The notes under the pieces: generated by a model
Told to the model about the DNA's origin: nothing
The model's database searches: none
The model's input: the letters and a program-made list of their open reading frames with translations, nothing else
Program-made: the position numbers and the translations under genes
Origin: a virus
UHGV virus genome: UHGV-1597594
DNA length: 61,373 nucleotides
Direction: 5' to 3' (one strand)
Shown: in pieces, positions 45,557 through 55,996 of the stretch
Numbering within the stretch: position 1 is the stretch's first letter
Layout: every line of letters begins with the position of its first letter

Positions 45557-46945
45557 TTACAGTGAATTTATGATTTTAATGAAGTCAGCTATAATGTTTG
45601 AATGCAGCTCAATGAGATAGTTGTCTTGTAATGTCATAAGCTCATCAAGTTCATCTACACTTAATGACTTGAAGACTTCTGCACAATGCTTGGCATTTTT
45701 GATGTGTGCGACTTTATGATACTTGATAAAGTCAGGACACACACAATTATTCACGTACATACAAGGCAAGCCTGCAAGCATTGATTCAGTTGCTCTGAAT
45801 GTAATTGCGTTGCATTGTTTCATATTCTCTTCACACACAATGTATGCAAAGTCGAACTGCGACAAGTATGTTAACATGTCAAAATACTTGATTGTGCCAT
45901 CATAGACATGTGGCATATCAATGTCGATATTGCCGACAACATGAGTTTCGATGTCTGCGCAGCCAAGCAAATCAATGACTTCTTGTTTGCGTTCAGCACA
46001 CATGTCATTCCAAGCAACCATCGGCATTGCAGTAGTCAACTTGCCTGATTGCAATTTTGCTAAACGTTTTTCGTTATGTGATGCATACAATGGAATGCCT
46101 TCAAGTCTTGCATGCTGAATTGTGTTGACATTGATTTCTGTCAGCATTGACAACGCATTATGCATGTTCTGTGCTTGTGTGACAACTGTCATCTTTTTGC
46201 AGCGCAATCTAAAGTTTGCAATGTGTGGCACGAGTCGTAAATCATACCATAGCCATACAATGTCGCCCTTCCATGATTCAATGAGTTGCTTGTGCTGTTT
46301 GTAGATGACTGACTGACTCATCGAGTCATTCATTGCTGAGCATACAATGTACAACACACCATATTTGTCAATTGAGTGCTGCACATAGTCAACTGAGCAG
46401 CATAGCACATCTTTGTCGAAAAGTTTTGGGTCATGCACTTCTGCATCATCTACAATAAGATGCGCCTTGTATTGATGCTGCTTTGTTGCGTCAATGATGC
46501 GAGCAATTGCAAAGCATTCTCTACTTTGAATGTCTGTCTTATCTTGTCGCAGCTGGTCTTGTGTTCGTACAGGATATGCAGGCTTAAGTATTACAGGCAC
46601 AAAATGCGTTTTTGCAGAATATGGCACATCTACTGCAGCAAACTCCGCGTTGCATCGTTGTGAATGCAGATGTCGTGCATATGATTGCAACAATGCATGA
46701 ATCATTGTAATGTACTCTTCCAATTCAAACACCTCGTGTTCAGTTGTGTTTGTTATGTCGACCACGGCATTTTGTCGCACAATTGGATATACACAAATAG
46801 CGTAGTCATTATATGGCAGCGGAATGCCTATAAATGTTGAGTATCTGTTTCGAAGCCATGCAATGCAATCAACATCAAACACAATGTCATATTGCTGCTG
46901 CAAAGCATTTAATTGCGCTATAATCAAATCATTGTGCATATTCAT
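45557..46945 (-). CDS. glycosyltransferase-like protein (GT-B C-terminal signature)
   Basis: ATG at 46945. YIVCEENMKQCNAITFRATESMLAGLPCMYV resembles the GT-B Ex7E...E(A/S)MxxGxPxx signature. Weaker than the X1/X2 match. Confidence 0.5.
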   Translation of the reverse strand: MNMHNDLIIAQLNALQQQYDIVFDVDCIAWLRNRYSTFIGIPLPYNDYAICVYPIVRQNAVVDITNTTEHEVFELEEYITMIHALLQSYARHLHSQRCNAEFAAVDVPYSAKTHFVPVILKPAYPVRTQDQLRQDKTDIQSRECFAIARIIDATKQHQYKAHLIVDDAEVHDPKLFDKDVLCCSVDYVQHSIDKYGVLYIVCSAMNDSMSQSVIYKQHKQLIESWKGDIVWLWYDLRLVPHIANFRLRCKKMTVVTQAQNMHNALSMLTEINVNTIQHARLEGIPLYASHNEKRLAKLQSGKLTTAMPMVAWNDMCAERKQEVIDLLGCADIETHVVGNIDIDMPHVYDGTIKYFDMLTYLSQFDFAYIVCEENMKQCNAITFRATESMLAGLPCMYVNNCVCPDFIKYHKVAHIKNAKHCAEVFKSLSVDELDELMTLQDNYLIELHSNIIADFIKIINSL

Positions 46946-47032
46946 ATTGTTTTATCATATATGAATATATTGTACAACATAAAGCGCATACTTGCACTTT
47001 GTGTTGCTAAAAATATCGTCATTGTACACAAA

Positions 47033-47060
47033 ACAAGCAGGCTGCAATTGCAGTCTGCTT
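47033..47060 (-). terminator. terminator hairpin downstream of CDS 47107-47652 (copy of the 30751-30784 element)
   Basis: caagcaggctgca-at-tgcagtctgcttg; followed on the minus strand by the promoter-like box and the start of the gene at 46945. Confidence 0.5.
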
Positions 47061-47106
47061 GCACTTTACTAACCCTTAAAATCAATGACACTATGTCAAT
47101 GTCATT

Positions 47107-47652
47107 TTACTTTGCCGCTGTTTCCTGTGATTCAACTTCAGCAGTGTTTTCTGCAAGTTCGGCTTGCTTACGCTTGTCAATTTCCTGCAAACATGCGTCA
47201 AGTGCAGTAGCATTTTCACGATACTGCTCATCGAACTTCTGTACTTCTGCTGCAGGTGCCTCAAGCAGATTGTTAAGTGAATCAAGTGCTGCAGCAACCT
47301 GAGCTCCCTTGAACTTCGTTGTAGATACTGCACGAACAATGTACTTGAACTCGAAGATGCCCATGGTGCTTCGTCCTTTTGCAGCGTCCGTAGCCCATGC
47401 AGCAAATGCGACAACATCACGCATAAGTCGCATATCAAACTCAAGCTGCGGCAAAACAAGTTCGCACACATTACGTGCAACAGACTTGAGCAATTCGCCA
47501 TCAGTCGTGACAATCATCTGCATTGACTGCGATTTGTCTTCGAGTTCTTTTCGAGCTTCACTGAGCGACTTTTTGAGTGCTTCCAGCTGCTCCATTGTCA
47601 TGTCTTTGAGTTCAGTTGCAGGCTTTGCTGCAACAGCATTTTTCTTTGCCAT
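47107..47652 (-). CDS. hypothetical protein (helical, Ala/Glu/Lys-rich)
   Basis: 181-aa ORF; no motif. Confidence 0.55.
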   Translation of the reverse strand: MAKKNAVAAKPATELKDMTMEQLEALKKSLSEARKELEDKSQSMQMIVTTDGELLKSVARNVCELVLPQLEFDMRLMRDVVAFAAWATDAAKGRSTMGIFEFKYIVRAVSTTKFKGAQVAAALDSLNNLLEAPAAEVQKFDEQYRENATALDACLQEIDKRKQAELAENTAEVESQETAAK

Positions 47653-47665
47653 ATGAATAAATGTG

Positions 47666-48226
47666 TTATGAGATGATTTTGATGATTGTTAATGCTAATG
47701 CTGCTAAGCACAATGCACTTAACAGAATCTTCCATATTGTAGCAGAACATCTTAACAATCGTAAGGGCTGCTCTTCTGCATATGCAAGATATTCGAGTTC
47801 AGCAACATTTGACATCACTGTTCTAATGATGCCATTGCCAGTGTAGTTATGTCGAAGCGTTACGATATCAAGCAGATTGTTTTGCACAAGTTGATTGAAG
47901 ACAGGTTCCATGCGTTCATGCATGATGTGCTCAACAATTGCAACTGAGTCAAGTGCTTCAAATTCTGTACCTTGTATTGTTGCAATGACTTCAGCAGGGA
48001 GCTGCGTATGCACAATGAGACATCGTTGTTCATTGAACAATGCAAATCCACTGTTCTTCAAAAATGTCAAAAAGTACTCATGCTCAGGGTCATTAAGATA
48101 GTCAAGCAAATATTGATGCCACTTATTAGCTTCTGCATCAAGCTTGTTTAGACATCGAATGACGCCAAATGGCCATAAAGCCAATTTGATATTGTGGAGG
48201 ATGGTTTTATATTTCATACACATCAA
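47666..48226 (-). CDS. hypothetical protein
   Basis: 186-aa ORF; no motif. Confidence 0.5.
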   Translation of the reverse strand: MMCMKYKTILHNIKLALWPFGVIRCLNKLDAEANKWHQYLLDYLNDPEHEYFLTFLKNSGFALFNEQRCLIVHTQLPAEVIATIQGTEFEALDSVAIVEHIMHERMEPVFNQLVQNNLLDIVTLRHNYTGNGIIRTVMSNVAELEYLAYAEEQPLRLLRCSATIWKILLSALCLAALALTIIKIIS

Positions 48227-49221
48227 TGTTCAAGATGACATGCGCCATTTTGACAGTCAACATTGCTATCTGACATGCTTGCAAGATTTGCATTGCTGCC
48301 ACTACCAGCAGCTTTGCCAGCATTACCAGATGAACCGACAATGCTTATGAGTCTACTGTCAGACATTGCAGAGCCCGCATTAGCCGAACCTGATTTGCTT
48401 GGCAATGATATTCTGGCTTCATCATAGTTGCCACCAAAGGTGATGTTCAAGTCAAGTGTAGAATCATCACCATCAATATCAATGTTGTGCTCGTAGTCTG
48501 TGATGATGTCATCGCCAGCCCATATGTTATCACCAGAATTGATTGCAGGATATTGCAAGTGCAGTGTCAATGGAAGCTTGATGACTGCATCAATATCTTC
48601 TTTGCCATGCACAATTGCATGCTGAGCATCCATAGAAGACACATCGAATTCATATGATGCGCCATGCATAGTGCCTGCCCAGACAAAACCATACATATTC
48701 AACTGATACAGCTTGCTAAGCAAATACTCGTAAGTCTCAAGCGCAGTTAGCCAATCTGTTGAAAACACTTGAACATTGATTGCAAAATCTACTGGTATTC
48801 GTCTCATTGTGCTATACAATGCAACAGGCACGCTGTCAATTGTGGCAATCAAACGAATCTGCGTATCTTGCATGCCAAGTGCTTGCTTATTGATTCGAGG
48901 CGACTCTACTTCAACAACACATCGTGGCACAGTTTGAACAAAGTTCTTCGCGTCAACAAATGTATTTTCAAGTGAATTTGTTGGTGTATTGCCAACTGGA
49001 CTTGAGCCTTTGCCAACAAGTTCGCCCGACCAATATCGTTGGTCGCCAGTGCTCAGCATGTATGTCGGCATATTCAGACGAGCATACAAATCAGACAGCA
49101 GACCAATAAATGCATTACGAAAGAAGTGCTGAAATGTCACGTCTTTTGCATTGACTTGCTGTTTGATTGTAGCTTGAGCTGATTTCAGCTCAGCTGAGCC
49201 TCTGTTCAGTGAATCTTTCAT
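48223..49221 (-). CDS. hypothetical protein
   Basis: 332-aa ORF with a Gly/Ser/Ala-rich C-terminal region. Confidence 0.55.
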   Translation of the reverse strand: MKDSLNRGSAELKSAQATIKQQVNAKDVTFQHFFRNAFIGLLSDLYARLNMPTYMLSTGDQRYWSGELVGKGSSPVGNTPTNSLENTFVDAKNFVQTVPRCVVEVESPRINKQALGMQDTQIRLIATIDSVPVALYSTMRRIPVDFAINVQVFSTDWLTALETYEYLLSKLYQLNMYGFVWAGTMHGASYEFDVSSMDAQHAIVHGKEDIDAVIKLPLTLHLQYPAINSGDNIWAGDDIITDYEHNIDIDGDDSTLDLNITFGGNYDEARISLPSKSGSANAGSAMSDSRLISIVGSSGNAGKAAGSGSNANLASMSDSNVDCQNGACHLEH

Positions 49222-49652
49222 TGGTCAAGCATATCATTAGCAGCTTTTTGCTGCATAACGAGTTTTAGCAAAGCGTCATTGCCCTGTGATTCAAGCATGT
49301 CTTTAGCTATGATGAGCTTGTTTGTGTATGACAACTGGTCCCAACAAAGCTTTGTGTCAAGCTCATAATATGTGTTGATTGCATCAAACACATCAATAAG
49401 CTGCAAAGCACTTTTTGTTAACGCAGCGCATTTTGCGATGCACTCATTGTACTTTGTTGGCTCAATGAACTTGTATTTGCGAAGTCTTATTCTAATGTAC
49501 CTGTGATACGAAGACTTTTGCAAAAACTGTTCTATTGTAGATGTTGCTGATGCTACTACAGTGTCGTCATTGATTGAAAGCTTGTCGTATTTGATTTCAA
49601 ACCGCTCAAGTTCCATAGATAGCCATTCATTGTCAAATATCGACTTGCCCAT
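49218..49652 (-). CDS. hypothetical protein
   Basis: 144-aa ORF; no motif. Confidence 0.5.
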   Translation of the reverse strand: MGKSIFDNEWLSMELERFEIKYDKLSINDDTVVASATSTIEQFLQKSSYHRYIRIRLRKYKFIEPTKYNECIAKCAALTKSALQLIDVFDAINTYYELDTKLCWDQLSYTNKLIIAKDMLESQGNDALLKLVMQQKAANDMLDQ

Positions 49653-49676
49653 AGCATATGAACTGCTTGTAGTGTG

Positions 49677-49994
49677 TTATTGCATATTGTCGACAATCAG
49701 CTGTTCAAGTGCAATAGCTGACAATGCACCAGTAGCACGACCAACTTCAATGCAATCATGAAAGACAATTGTCGTTGGTACTGAACGAACATTATGAGTG
49801 CTATCAAGCTCATCGCACTCTTCAACATTCACTTCAGCAAATGTCACCTTGCCATTAAATTTCTTTTCAGTTGACTCGAAAATTGGCGCATAGCCTTGAC
49901 AAGGCACGCACCATGGCGCACTGAACTTCACTACAACGAGCGGATTGTTTGCAAGTGCTCGAGCCATTTCAGCTTTATGTTTGAGTTGCAACAT
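49677..49994 (-). CDS. trx: thioredoxin
   Basis: ATG at 49994. 105 aa with active-site WCVPC (canonical WCGPC) at the expected position. Confidence 0.75.
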   Translation of the reverse strand: MLQLKHKAEMARALANNPLVVVKFSAPWCVPCQGYAPIFESTEKKFNGKVTFAEVNVEECDELDSTHNVRSVPTTIVFHDCIEVGRATGALSAIALEQLIVDNMQ

Positions 49995-50036
49995 ATCTTT
50001 TTATGTTTGTTTGTTGACAATATATGTATATTTGCA

Positions 50037-50477
50037 TTACGCATCGTCTTCTACAGCAAGAACAGCTTCAAGCAATCTTGCGGTGTCTTTGCTGATGTTC
50101 TTGTCTTTGACGTTGGTGAGCTTTTTAAGGTCATACTGCATGATGCGCTCAAGCTTCTTTGCAGACTTGACTATGTCAGCATCTTTAGCACGCATTGCTT
50201 TTGCAATTTGTGCAGCAAAGATGCGCTTGTAGATATCAAGTTCTACGAAATCTACTGCTTTGATACCCTGTTCTTTGTACAGCTCAGTCAATGCTAAGCC
50301 AAACTGATTTGACGCTCTGTCAAAATCAACTTTTGTTGCAGGCTGTTGTGTTGCATTTGCTACAGCTTGAATTCGCTTTGTGACAAGCAAATAAGTGTCA
50401 AACACGCCTTTGAGGTCTTGCTGCTCAACTATAGGCTGCAGCATTGCTTTGATTTCAGTAGAAGTGTATGGTTGCAT
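50037..50477 (-). CDS. hypothetical protein
   Basis: 146-aa ORF; no motif. Confidence 0.5.
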   Translation of the reverse strand: MQPYTSTEIKAMLQPIVEQQDLKGVFDTYLLVTKRIQAVANATQQPATKVDFDRASNQFGLALTELYKEQGIKAVDFVELDIYKRIFAAQIAKAMRAKDADIVKSAKKLERIMQYDLKKLTNVKDKNISKDTARLLEAVLAVEDDA

Positions 50478-50529
50478 ATTGTTTTGTTATATGATTAATG
50501 TACTACGTAGCATCAACTTTTGCACAATG

Positions 50530-52125
50530 TCAAAGCTTGAATTTTTGCACATTTGTATCTACTGGCATCTTTTCAGCGTCATATATTCGTTTTCGAGCAG
50601 CAAAATGCTGCATGTCATAATTGCAGTAGCAGTAGCCTTTGCGAAGCTTGACAAGCATATCACTGTGAATTGTAAGCTTATGCGCAATATCAATAATGAT
50701 TGCTTTCTGCTTAAGTGGATGCTTACGCAACAGTCGCCCAATTGACTGCAATGTTACGTTGTCAGATTTGCCAATCATCAAGAATGCAGCGTAAAACCAA
50801 GCATGCACAGATACACCTGTAGACAAGGTGCCAGTAGTTGCAATCATGATGTGTCTGTCAGGCTCTGCTTCCATCATTGCTAGCATATCTTTGCGTTCAT
50901 GCAAGGGTACATCACCTCTAATGATGTGAACAACCTTGTCAACACCAGACTGCTGTATGAATGTTTGGCAAGCGTCATAGATGTTCTGCACATGGTCTCG
51001 TCGTTTGCAAAGCACAAGAGCATTTTTGTCAAGCGAACAAATGATTTTTGCAATGAGCTTGTTAGCATCGACGTAGTTCATGCAATGATGTTGTTCTGCT
51101 GGAAGCAGTCTTGCAGTGTTATCAAACACTTCAGGATGCTCTTCAAGATACTGCACAAATGGCGCATCATATTCTGCTGAATGCTCAATGACTACTCGTT
51201 TGATTTCAAAGTCAGACACGATGTTCTTTTCGAGTGCTTGAGCTACACCAAATGTACCCAATATTGGTCCAATGTATGATTCAATTGTCAAACGAGCTGC
51301 AGTATGCTCAAGTGGCAATGAACCAGATACGCCAAGACGATAATGTGCTTTTGTACAATGACTGAAGATTTCACGAATTGACGCTGCAGGCGCACCATGA
51401 GCTTCATCAGTTACAATGAAGTCGAACTGTTCGAAAAAGTCTGCTGGCATGTTGACAAGACTTTGATATGTGCCAACAACCATATCTGCATCTTGCATTT
51501 TGTATTCATTGCGAACACCTGAATGGATTTTGTAGAGTTTGTAATTCTTGTTTGCTAAATCTGACTCATTTTGTTGATAGCTGACAACAATATCGTCAAA
51601 CGCTTGTGACACGAGATGCACCGAGGGCACAATCATAAGTGTCTTGCCATTGATTCTCTTGCTGTCTTTTAAGAAGCGACTAATTACATAAACAAGAGCT
51701 GTTTTGCCATAAGAAGTCGCAAGGCGCAAACAACATTTCTTGAATTTGCAAGCAGTCAAAATAAACTTGAGCTGGTCGTCACGCATATCAAATGGCATAT
51801 CAAGGCATTCTGACCATTGCTCAAGCTCTTCAAGCGACACAATGCGATCAAAGTTGTCAATGAGGCCTTCAATCTTGACTTCGTATGGAATTGGCTTACG
51901 CAATTGCAAGTCCCAGATACGCTTCCATAAGCCAAATGGCAAATACACACCATTGAACACATAGCAAATTTGCCCATTCCAATCTGTTTTGCGCCCTTTG
52001 CGCTTATTGACTGCTGCTGCAACAAAGTTCGGTACTTCTGCAGTAGCTTCAGCGTATAATTGCTTGACTTCCAAATCATTTGCTTCGACAATTTGAAGCA
52101 AATCACCTATGACTTTGAGTCTCAT
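50530..52125 (-). CDS. superfamily-2 DEAH-box helicase
   Basis: Track start 52161 is TTG inside the terminator hairpin; the first ATG (MRLKVIGD) is at 52125. Walker A LATSYGKTA, DEAH box FIVTDEAHGAP, motif VI-like ATTGTLSTGVSV. Confidence 0.75.
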   Translation of the reverse strand: MRLKVIGDLLQIVEANDLEVKQLYAEATAEVPNFVAAAVNKRKGRKTDWNGQICYVFNGVYLPFGLWKRIWDLQLRKPIPYEVKIEGLIDNFDRIVSLEELEQWSECLDMPFDMRDDQLKFILTACKFKKCCLRLATSYGKTALVYVISRFLKDSKRINGKTLMIVPSVHLVSQAFDDIVVSYQQNESDLANKNYKLYKIHSGVRNEYKMQDADMVVGTYQSLVNMPADFFEQFDFIVTDEAHGAPAASIREIFSHCTKAHYRLGVSGSLPLEHTAARLTIESYIGPILGTFGVAQALEKNIVSDFEIKRVVIEHSAEYDAPFVQYLEEHPEVFDNTARLLPAEQHHCMNYVDANKLIAKIICSLDKNALVLCKRRDHVQNIYDACQTFIQQSGVDKVVHIIRGDVPLHERKDMLAMMEAEPDRHIMIATTGTLSTGVSVHAWFYAAFLMIGKSDNVTLQSIGRLLRKHPLKQKAIIIDIAHKLTIHSDMLVKLRKGYCYCNYDMQHFAARKRIYDAEKMPVDTNVQKFKL

Positions 52126-52142
52126 GACATGACTTGTTAAAT

Positions 52143-52181
52143 GAAAAAGAGGCTCAGACAAACAATGTCTGTCTGAGCCTC
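52143..52181 (-). terminator. intrinsic terminator downstream of CDS 52207-53337
   Basis: Perfect 12-bp stem gaggctcagaca/tgtctgagcctc with 9-nt loop; A-run 52143-52148 gives a T-run on the minus transcript. Confidence 0.65.
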
Positions 52182-52206
52182 GAGCATCTTTGATGTGCTT
52201 GTACTA

Positions 52207-53337
52207 CTACTTGAGCCCGTTGATGAATGCTTCAGTTTCAGCATCCATCGTTGCTGCTGCAGGTGCTGCTGCCGGAGCTGCTGCAGGTGCAGGCTCTGCT
52301 GCAGGCGCTGAAGCTGCTGCAAACGGGTCAATGGCTGTCTGAGCTGCTGGTGCAGTAGCAGGCGCAGCTGCCTGAGCTGTTGCAGGTGCAGGCTGAGTAG
52401 TCTGTGCCTGCTGAGCTGCTGACGGATTGATGACAATGTCAGGCCAGATATCCGACGCATCCTTGTAGTTAGCAAGGCGCATCTTAACCTGACGCTTAAT
52501 GTCATCAGAAGCTTCATGGTAACCCCACTCCTTTTCGACATTCGGGTACTCCTTGAGCATGTCGACAATCTGCTGCATGATTTGCTGCTTGTATGCAGGG
52601 TCAGTGTCATACTTCGCCTGATCAACAAGGGTGCCATCTGCAAGCAGCATCGACGATACGTTGGGCGAAATCGTCGAAGTCTCGTAGTCACGCATTTCAA
52701 CGCCATTGACGTCTTTCAGCGTAATCTTCAAGAGAATGTCGTGGCCCTTAACGGGATGGAACATGTCCATAGGCTGAGCGCCCATCTGGATGTCTTCGTC
52801 GGTTGGCTTCATTGCAGACATGCAACGCTTGTAGATGGCTGCAGGGAGTCGATATGGAAGTACTTTCCCAACGTTCTCAGTGTGCACTGAATCAGCTTTG
52901 ATTTGAACGAGGCAAGTGTACTGACTCTGCATACTGAACTCTCGCTTTGCAAGCGCTTCCTGCTGAGCATCCTTGGTATTGATGAGTTCCCAGTAGAATG
53001 CTGAAATGGGACACCATCCATAGGGTTTCATCAAATTTTCCGGATTTTCAGGATGCGGATTCGGTGAGCTCGGCGAATTGTAGCGGAAGCCCTGATTAGC
53101 GCCAGTCCCAAACCAGTAGTAACGGACGATTGAAATCGGCACCGCGGGGTCATTCAAGTTCGGCAGAATTCGAATGACTGCTCGATAGATTCGGTCCTTA
53201 CTTTCGGAAGGCTTAGGATTAAAAAACTCAGGTCCTGCAGAACGTTCCGGCTTAGCAAAGCTTGCTACATTGTCCGGCTGGACATCAAAGATTGACAGCG
53301 GCTGATTACCGGTCTGTCCATTTTCAATTTGTGACAT
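52207..53337 (-). CDS. hypothetical protein with Ala/Pro-rich low-complexity C-terminal region
   Basis: ATG at 53337. C-terminal ~70 aa are (A/P/T/Q)-rich (..PAPATAQAAAPATAPAAQ..APAAAPAAAPAAA..). Confidence 0.6.
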   Translation of the reverse strand: MSQIENGQTGNQPLSIFDVQPDNVASFAKPERSAGPEFFNPKPSESKDRIYRAVIRILPNLNDPAVPISIVRYYWFGTGANQGFRYNSPSSPNPHPENPENLMKPYGWCPISAFYWELINTKDAQQEALAKREFSMQSQYTCLVQIKADSVHTENVGKVLPYRLPAAIYKRCMSAMKPTDEDIQMGAQPMDMFHPVKGHDILLKITLKDVNGVEMRDYETSTISPNVSSMLLADGTLVDQAKYDTDPAYKQQIMQQIVDMLKEYPNVEKEWGYHEASDDIKRQVKMRLANYKDASDIWPDIVINPSAAQQAQTTQPAPATAQAAAPATAPAAQTAIDPFAAASAPAAEPAPAAAPAAAPAAATMDAETEAFINGLK

Positions 53338-53488
53338 CGCAATAAAATTTTAGAAAGTTTAACAAAAAGTTTGAAATGAACTCTTCAGAAAATCTTCAGA
53401 AGTTTATTTGTTATTTGTATATGTATTGTGCAACATGCATATTCATATTGTATATGAATATGATACAACATGCTAATATCATTTGCAC

Positions 53489-54610
53489 TTATCTTGCATG
53501 ACCGCAATCGTACACTGCAACATAACCAGCATCAATCATCTCTTGCTCATCTTGTCCGCAGTCTTCAATATGCTCTTTTGTCTTCAAATGACACCAGTGT
53601 TTGCGAATTGTTGACATGTCATCTGACAACTGTGGATTGAGTGCGAAGTCTGTTGAGTTTATTGATAGCTTTGCTAAATGCATGCCAACAATTGACACAA
53701 CGTCGTTTAAGTTATACCAGTCAAAAATTGTTATGCATATGTAGCCATGTTTGAGAGCAAGTTGAGTCTTATCAAAATGATAATGCATATGCATTGGCAC
53801 ATTATTATGTGTTCTATTATTTAGATATGCAAAACTGTACGTGCTATTGTGCGATATTGTTGGGCTAATTTCTATAACTATGTCATTATATCGCAAATCA
53901 TACAATCTGCCACCTATTAAATGCGAATATTCAAAGTTAATGCCAAGAGCATGTAATATCTTATCATGCACAAATAACTCAAGCTTTGAACATGGCTTTG
54001 ACTTTGAGCGCACGCTAAAATGGCATACAGCGCCATACAAGTCTGCTAAACGTTCACGAATCAAAGTCAAATTGCCAAACGCGTTGCCCCATCGTGCACG
54101 TTTAGTTTTACACATTTTAGCAACATTGCCATTTGCATAACCATAACGTTCTAAATTTGTTGCACAGATTTTTGAGCGGTCACCCCATGCATTGCCATAT
54201 TTACGTTTTTTGGTATCAATTGCCTTTGCTTTGTTGCCATAGCCATTGCCAAATCGCTGTACTTTAGTTGCAGTAATTTTTTCTACATTGCCATTTGCGT
54301 GGCCATAACGTTTTAAGTTTGTTGCTTGCATTTTTGCAATCATTGCATCAACGTCATTATTTGCACGTCTGGTATTGATTGCTTGATTTTTTAGCGCAGT
54401 GCATTTCATCGCATTTTCAAACCCATACTTTCTTAAGCACCCAATTTTGTAGTTGTACTTTCGTGCAATTTCACTATGAGCTGTCTTATGTTTGCCTAAT
54501 CTAACATTCTCTGTTGCCCTTAACAATTCATCTCTTTCAGCTTCAAGTTCTGCAATTCTTTTCTCAATAGCTGCGCCAGTTAATGGCGTATCTTGCTTGT
54601 AGCGACTCAT
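53489..54610 (-). CDS. homing-endonuclease-like protein, paralog of 4600-5562
   Basis: ATG at 54610. N-terminal coiled coil (IEKRIAELEAERDELL), five ~18-aa repeats (ATNLKRYGHANGNVEKI and variants), C-terminal YDLRYNDIVIEISPTISHNS...FALNPQ...KHW...YDCGHA shared with CDS 4600-5562. Confidence 0.6.
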   Translation of the reverse strand: MSRYKQDTPLTGAAIEKRIAELEAERDELLRATENVRLGKHKTAHSEIARKYNYKIGCLRKYGFENAMKCTALKNQAINTRRANNDVDAMIAKMQATNLKRYGHANGNVEKITATKVQRFGNGYGNKAKAIDTKKRKYGNAWGDRSKICATNLERYGYANGNVAKMCKTKRARWGNAFGNLTLIRERLADLYGAVCHFSVRSKSKPCSKLELFVHDKILHALGINFEYSHLIGGRLYDLRYNDIVIEISPTISHNSTYSFAYLNNRTHNNVPMHMHYHFDKTQLALKHGYICITIFDWYNLNDVVSIVGMHLAKLSINSTDFALNPQLSDDMSTIRKHWCHLKTKEHIEDCGQDEQEMIDAGYVAVYDCGHAR

Positions 54611-54629
54611 GCATATAAACTTACAACTG

Positions 54630-55385
54630 TCATTTCACTTCAGGTTTTGCTTGCTTGGCCAACTCAGCTTCGGCATTGAACTCTTTGCCCTCAGCTTTCA
54701 TTGTTTCAGCATAAGTCTTTTCGTCAGTGTAACGTTCTACGTCATTACCAAGCAGTTTTGCGACTTCGTCATCTGCTTCAAACAATGGCTGTGGATTGTC
54801 ATCATTATCATCTTTGAGTTGCTCAAATGCGCCGTTGTGTTTTTCTGCAATTTTGATAAGGTCTACGATTGAACGAGTTACGAGTTCACCATTGATGCCT
54901 GACTGCTGTTCAGATTGACCAGAGCCTTGTTGCAATTCTGCTTGAGTTGCTCGAACATTATTATTGAGTGACGCAACTATATTGGGAAGAGTTCGACAAT
55001 ACGCTATATATTGCTGAACCAACGACATTGCGTCATTCTGCAGTTTGATGAGAAATGCAAACTCACCCATGCCACCGCCTTGTGCATCAATGCGCTCGAA
55101 CACTGAATCAAGTGCATGCATTGCATAAAACACTTGTTTGCAAAGCAAATTGATGTTTGTCTTCTCCATCTCAATTGATGCATCGATAAATGGCGACTTA
55201 ACATCTGCTGCTATGCACAATTTGCGAACTTCATCAACGTATTTTGAACACTTGTCAAGTGTCTTGTCAAGTTTGCTTCGGTCAAACTGCTTGTAAACTT
55301 CTAACGCATCGCTTACTTCTGCAGCATCCAATATTGCATTTGCTGCAGCCAATTCTGATTCTCTGCTCATCTCAAAATGGTCCAA
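54630..55385 (-). CDS. hypothetical acidic protein
   Basis: 251-aa ORF; no motif. Confidence 0.55.
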   Translation of the reverse strand: MDHFEMSRESELAAANAILDAAEVSDALEVYKQFDRSKLDKTLDKCSKYVDEVRKLCIAADVKSPFIDASIEMEKTNINLLCKQVFYAMHALDSVFERIDAQGGGMGEFAFLIKLQNDAMSLVQQYIAYCRTLPNIVASLNNNVRATQAELQQGSGQSEQQSGINGELVTRSIVDLIKIAEKHNGAFEQLKDDNDDNPQPLFEADDEVAKLLGNDVERYTDEKTYAETMKAEGKEFNAEAELAKQAKPEVK

Positions 55386-55981
55386 GCTTCAATGATTGCT
55401 GAAAAATCTTCAAAGGGCATTGTAGTGTAGCCGGAATCACCCCAAGATATGCCCCAGCTATTCTTGATGATGAATGAGTCTTTTGTATAGCCGACAATTG
55501 ACACTGCATGGCCACCAAAATTGCCATCGCCTTTCCAAAAATGCTCAGCTTCAATGTCTTTTACGAGCATGCCAACAAATACAGGCCCATTTGCCACAAC
55601 AGCAGATTTGACTTCATCAATTGTGTAACAACGTCTGTATGCAGTTATTGGCAATTGTTCTGTGCCCTTTGACATCTTAATTGGCTGTGCTTTGAGCAGC
55701 TTAAAGACGTCACGTGGAATCATGCCCTCTTGAGGCGCATTTGAACGACGCTCATACAATGCTTTGATGTCAAGTTTGCCTTGCATAGACAACACAGAAG
55801 ACCACCAGTCAATCATTGTTGCAGCTGTGTAAGCTGCACACATTGATGTGCTGCCTTGGTCTTCTACTTGAAGTTGAGCCAACTTGTACACAAGTGGCAA
55901 ATCAGTTTTTGCATCAAAACGCAAGTCTCTGTCATCTTTAGGTGACTGGATGTAGCCCAGTCCATATGTTGTATGTTTCAT
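55367..55981 (-). CDS. papain-like (C1-family-like) cysteine peptidase, candidate endolysin/peptidase
   Basis: ATG at 55981. QGSTSMCAAYTAA (Cys nucleophile region), GGHAVSIVGY (His region) and KNSWGISWGDSGY (Asn/Trp region) are in the order typical of papain-family peptidases. Confidence 0.65.
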   Translation of the reverse strand: MKHTTYGLGYIQSPKDDRDLRFDAKTDLPLVYKLAQLQVEDQGSTSMCAAYTAATMIDWWSSVLSMQGKLDIKALYERRSNAPQEGMIPRDVFKLLKAQPIKMSKGTEQLPITAYRRCYTIDEVKSAVVANGPVFVGMLVKDIEAEHFWKGDGNFGGHAVSIVGYTKDSFIIKNSWGISWGDSGYTTMPFEDFSAIIEAWTILR

Positions 55982-55996
55982 ATCAGATAATGTATC

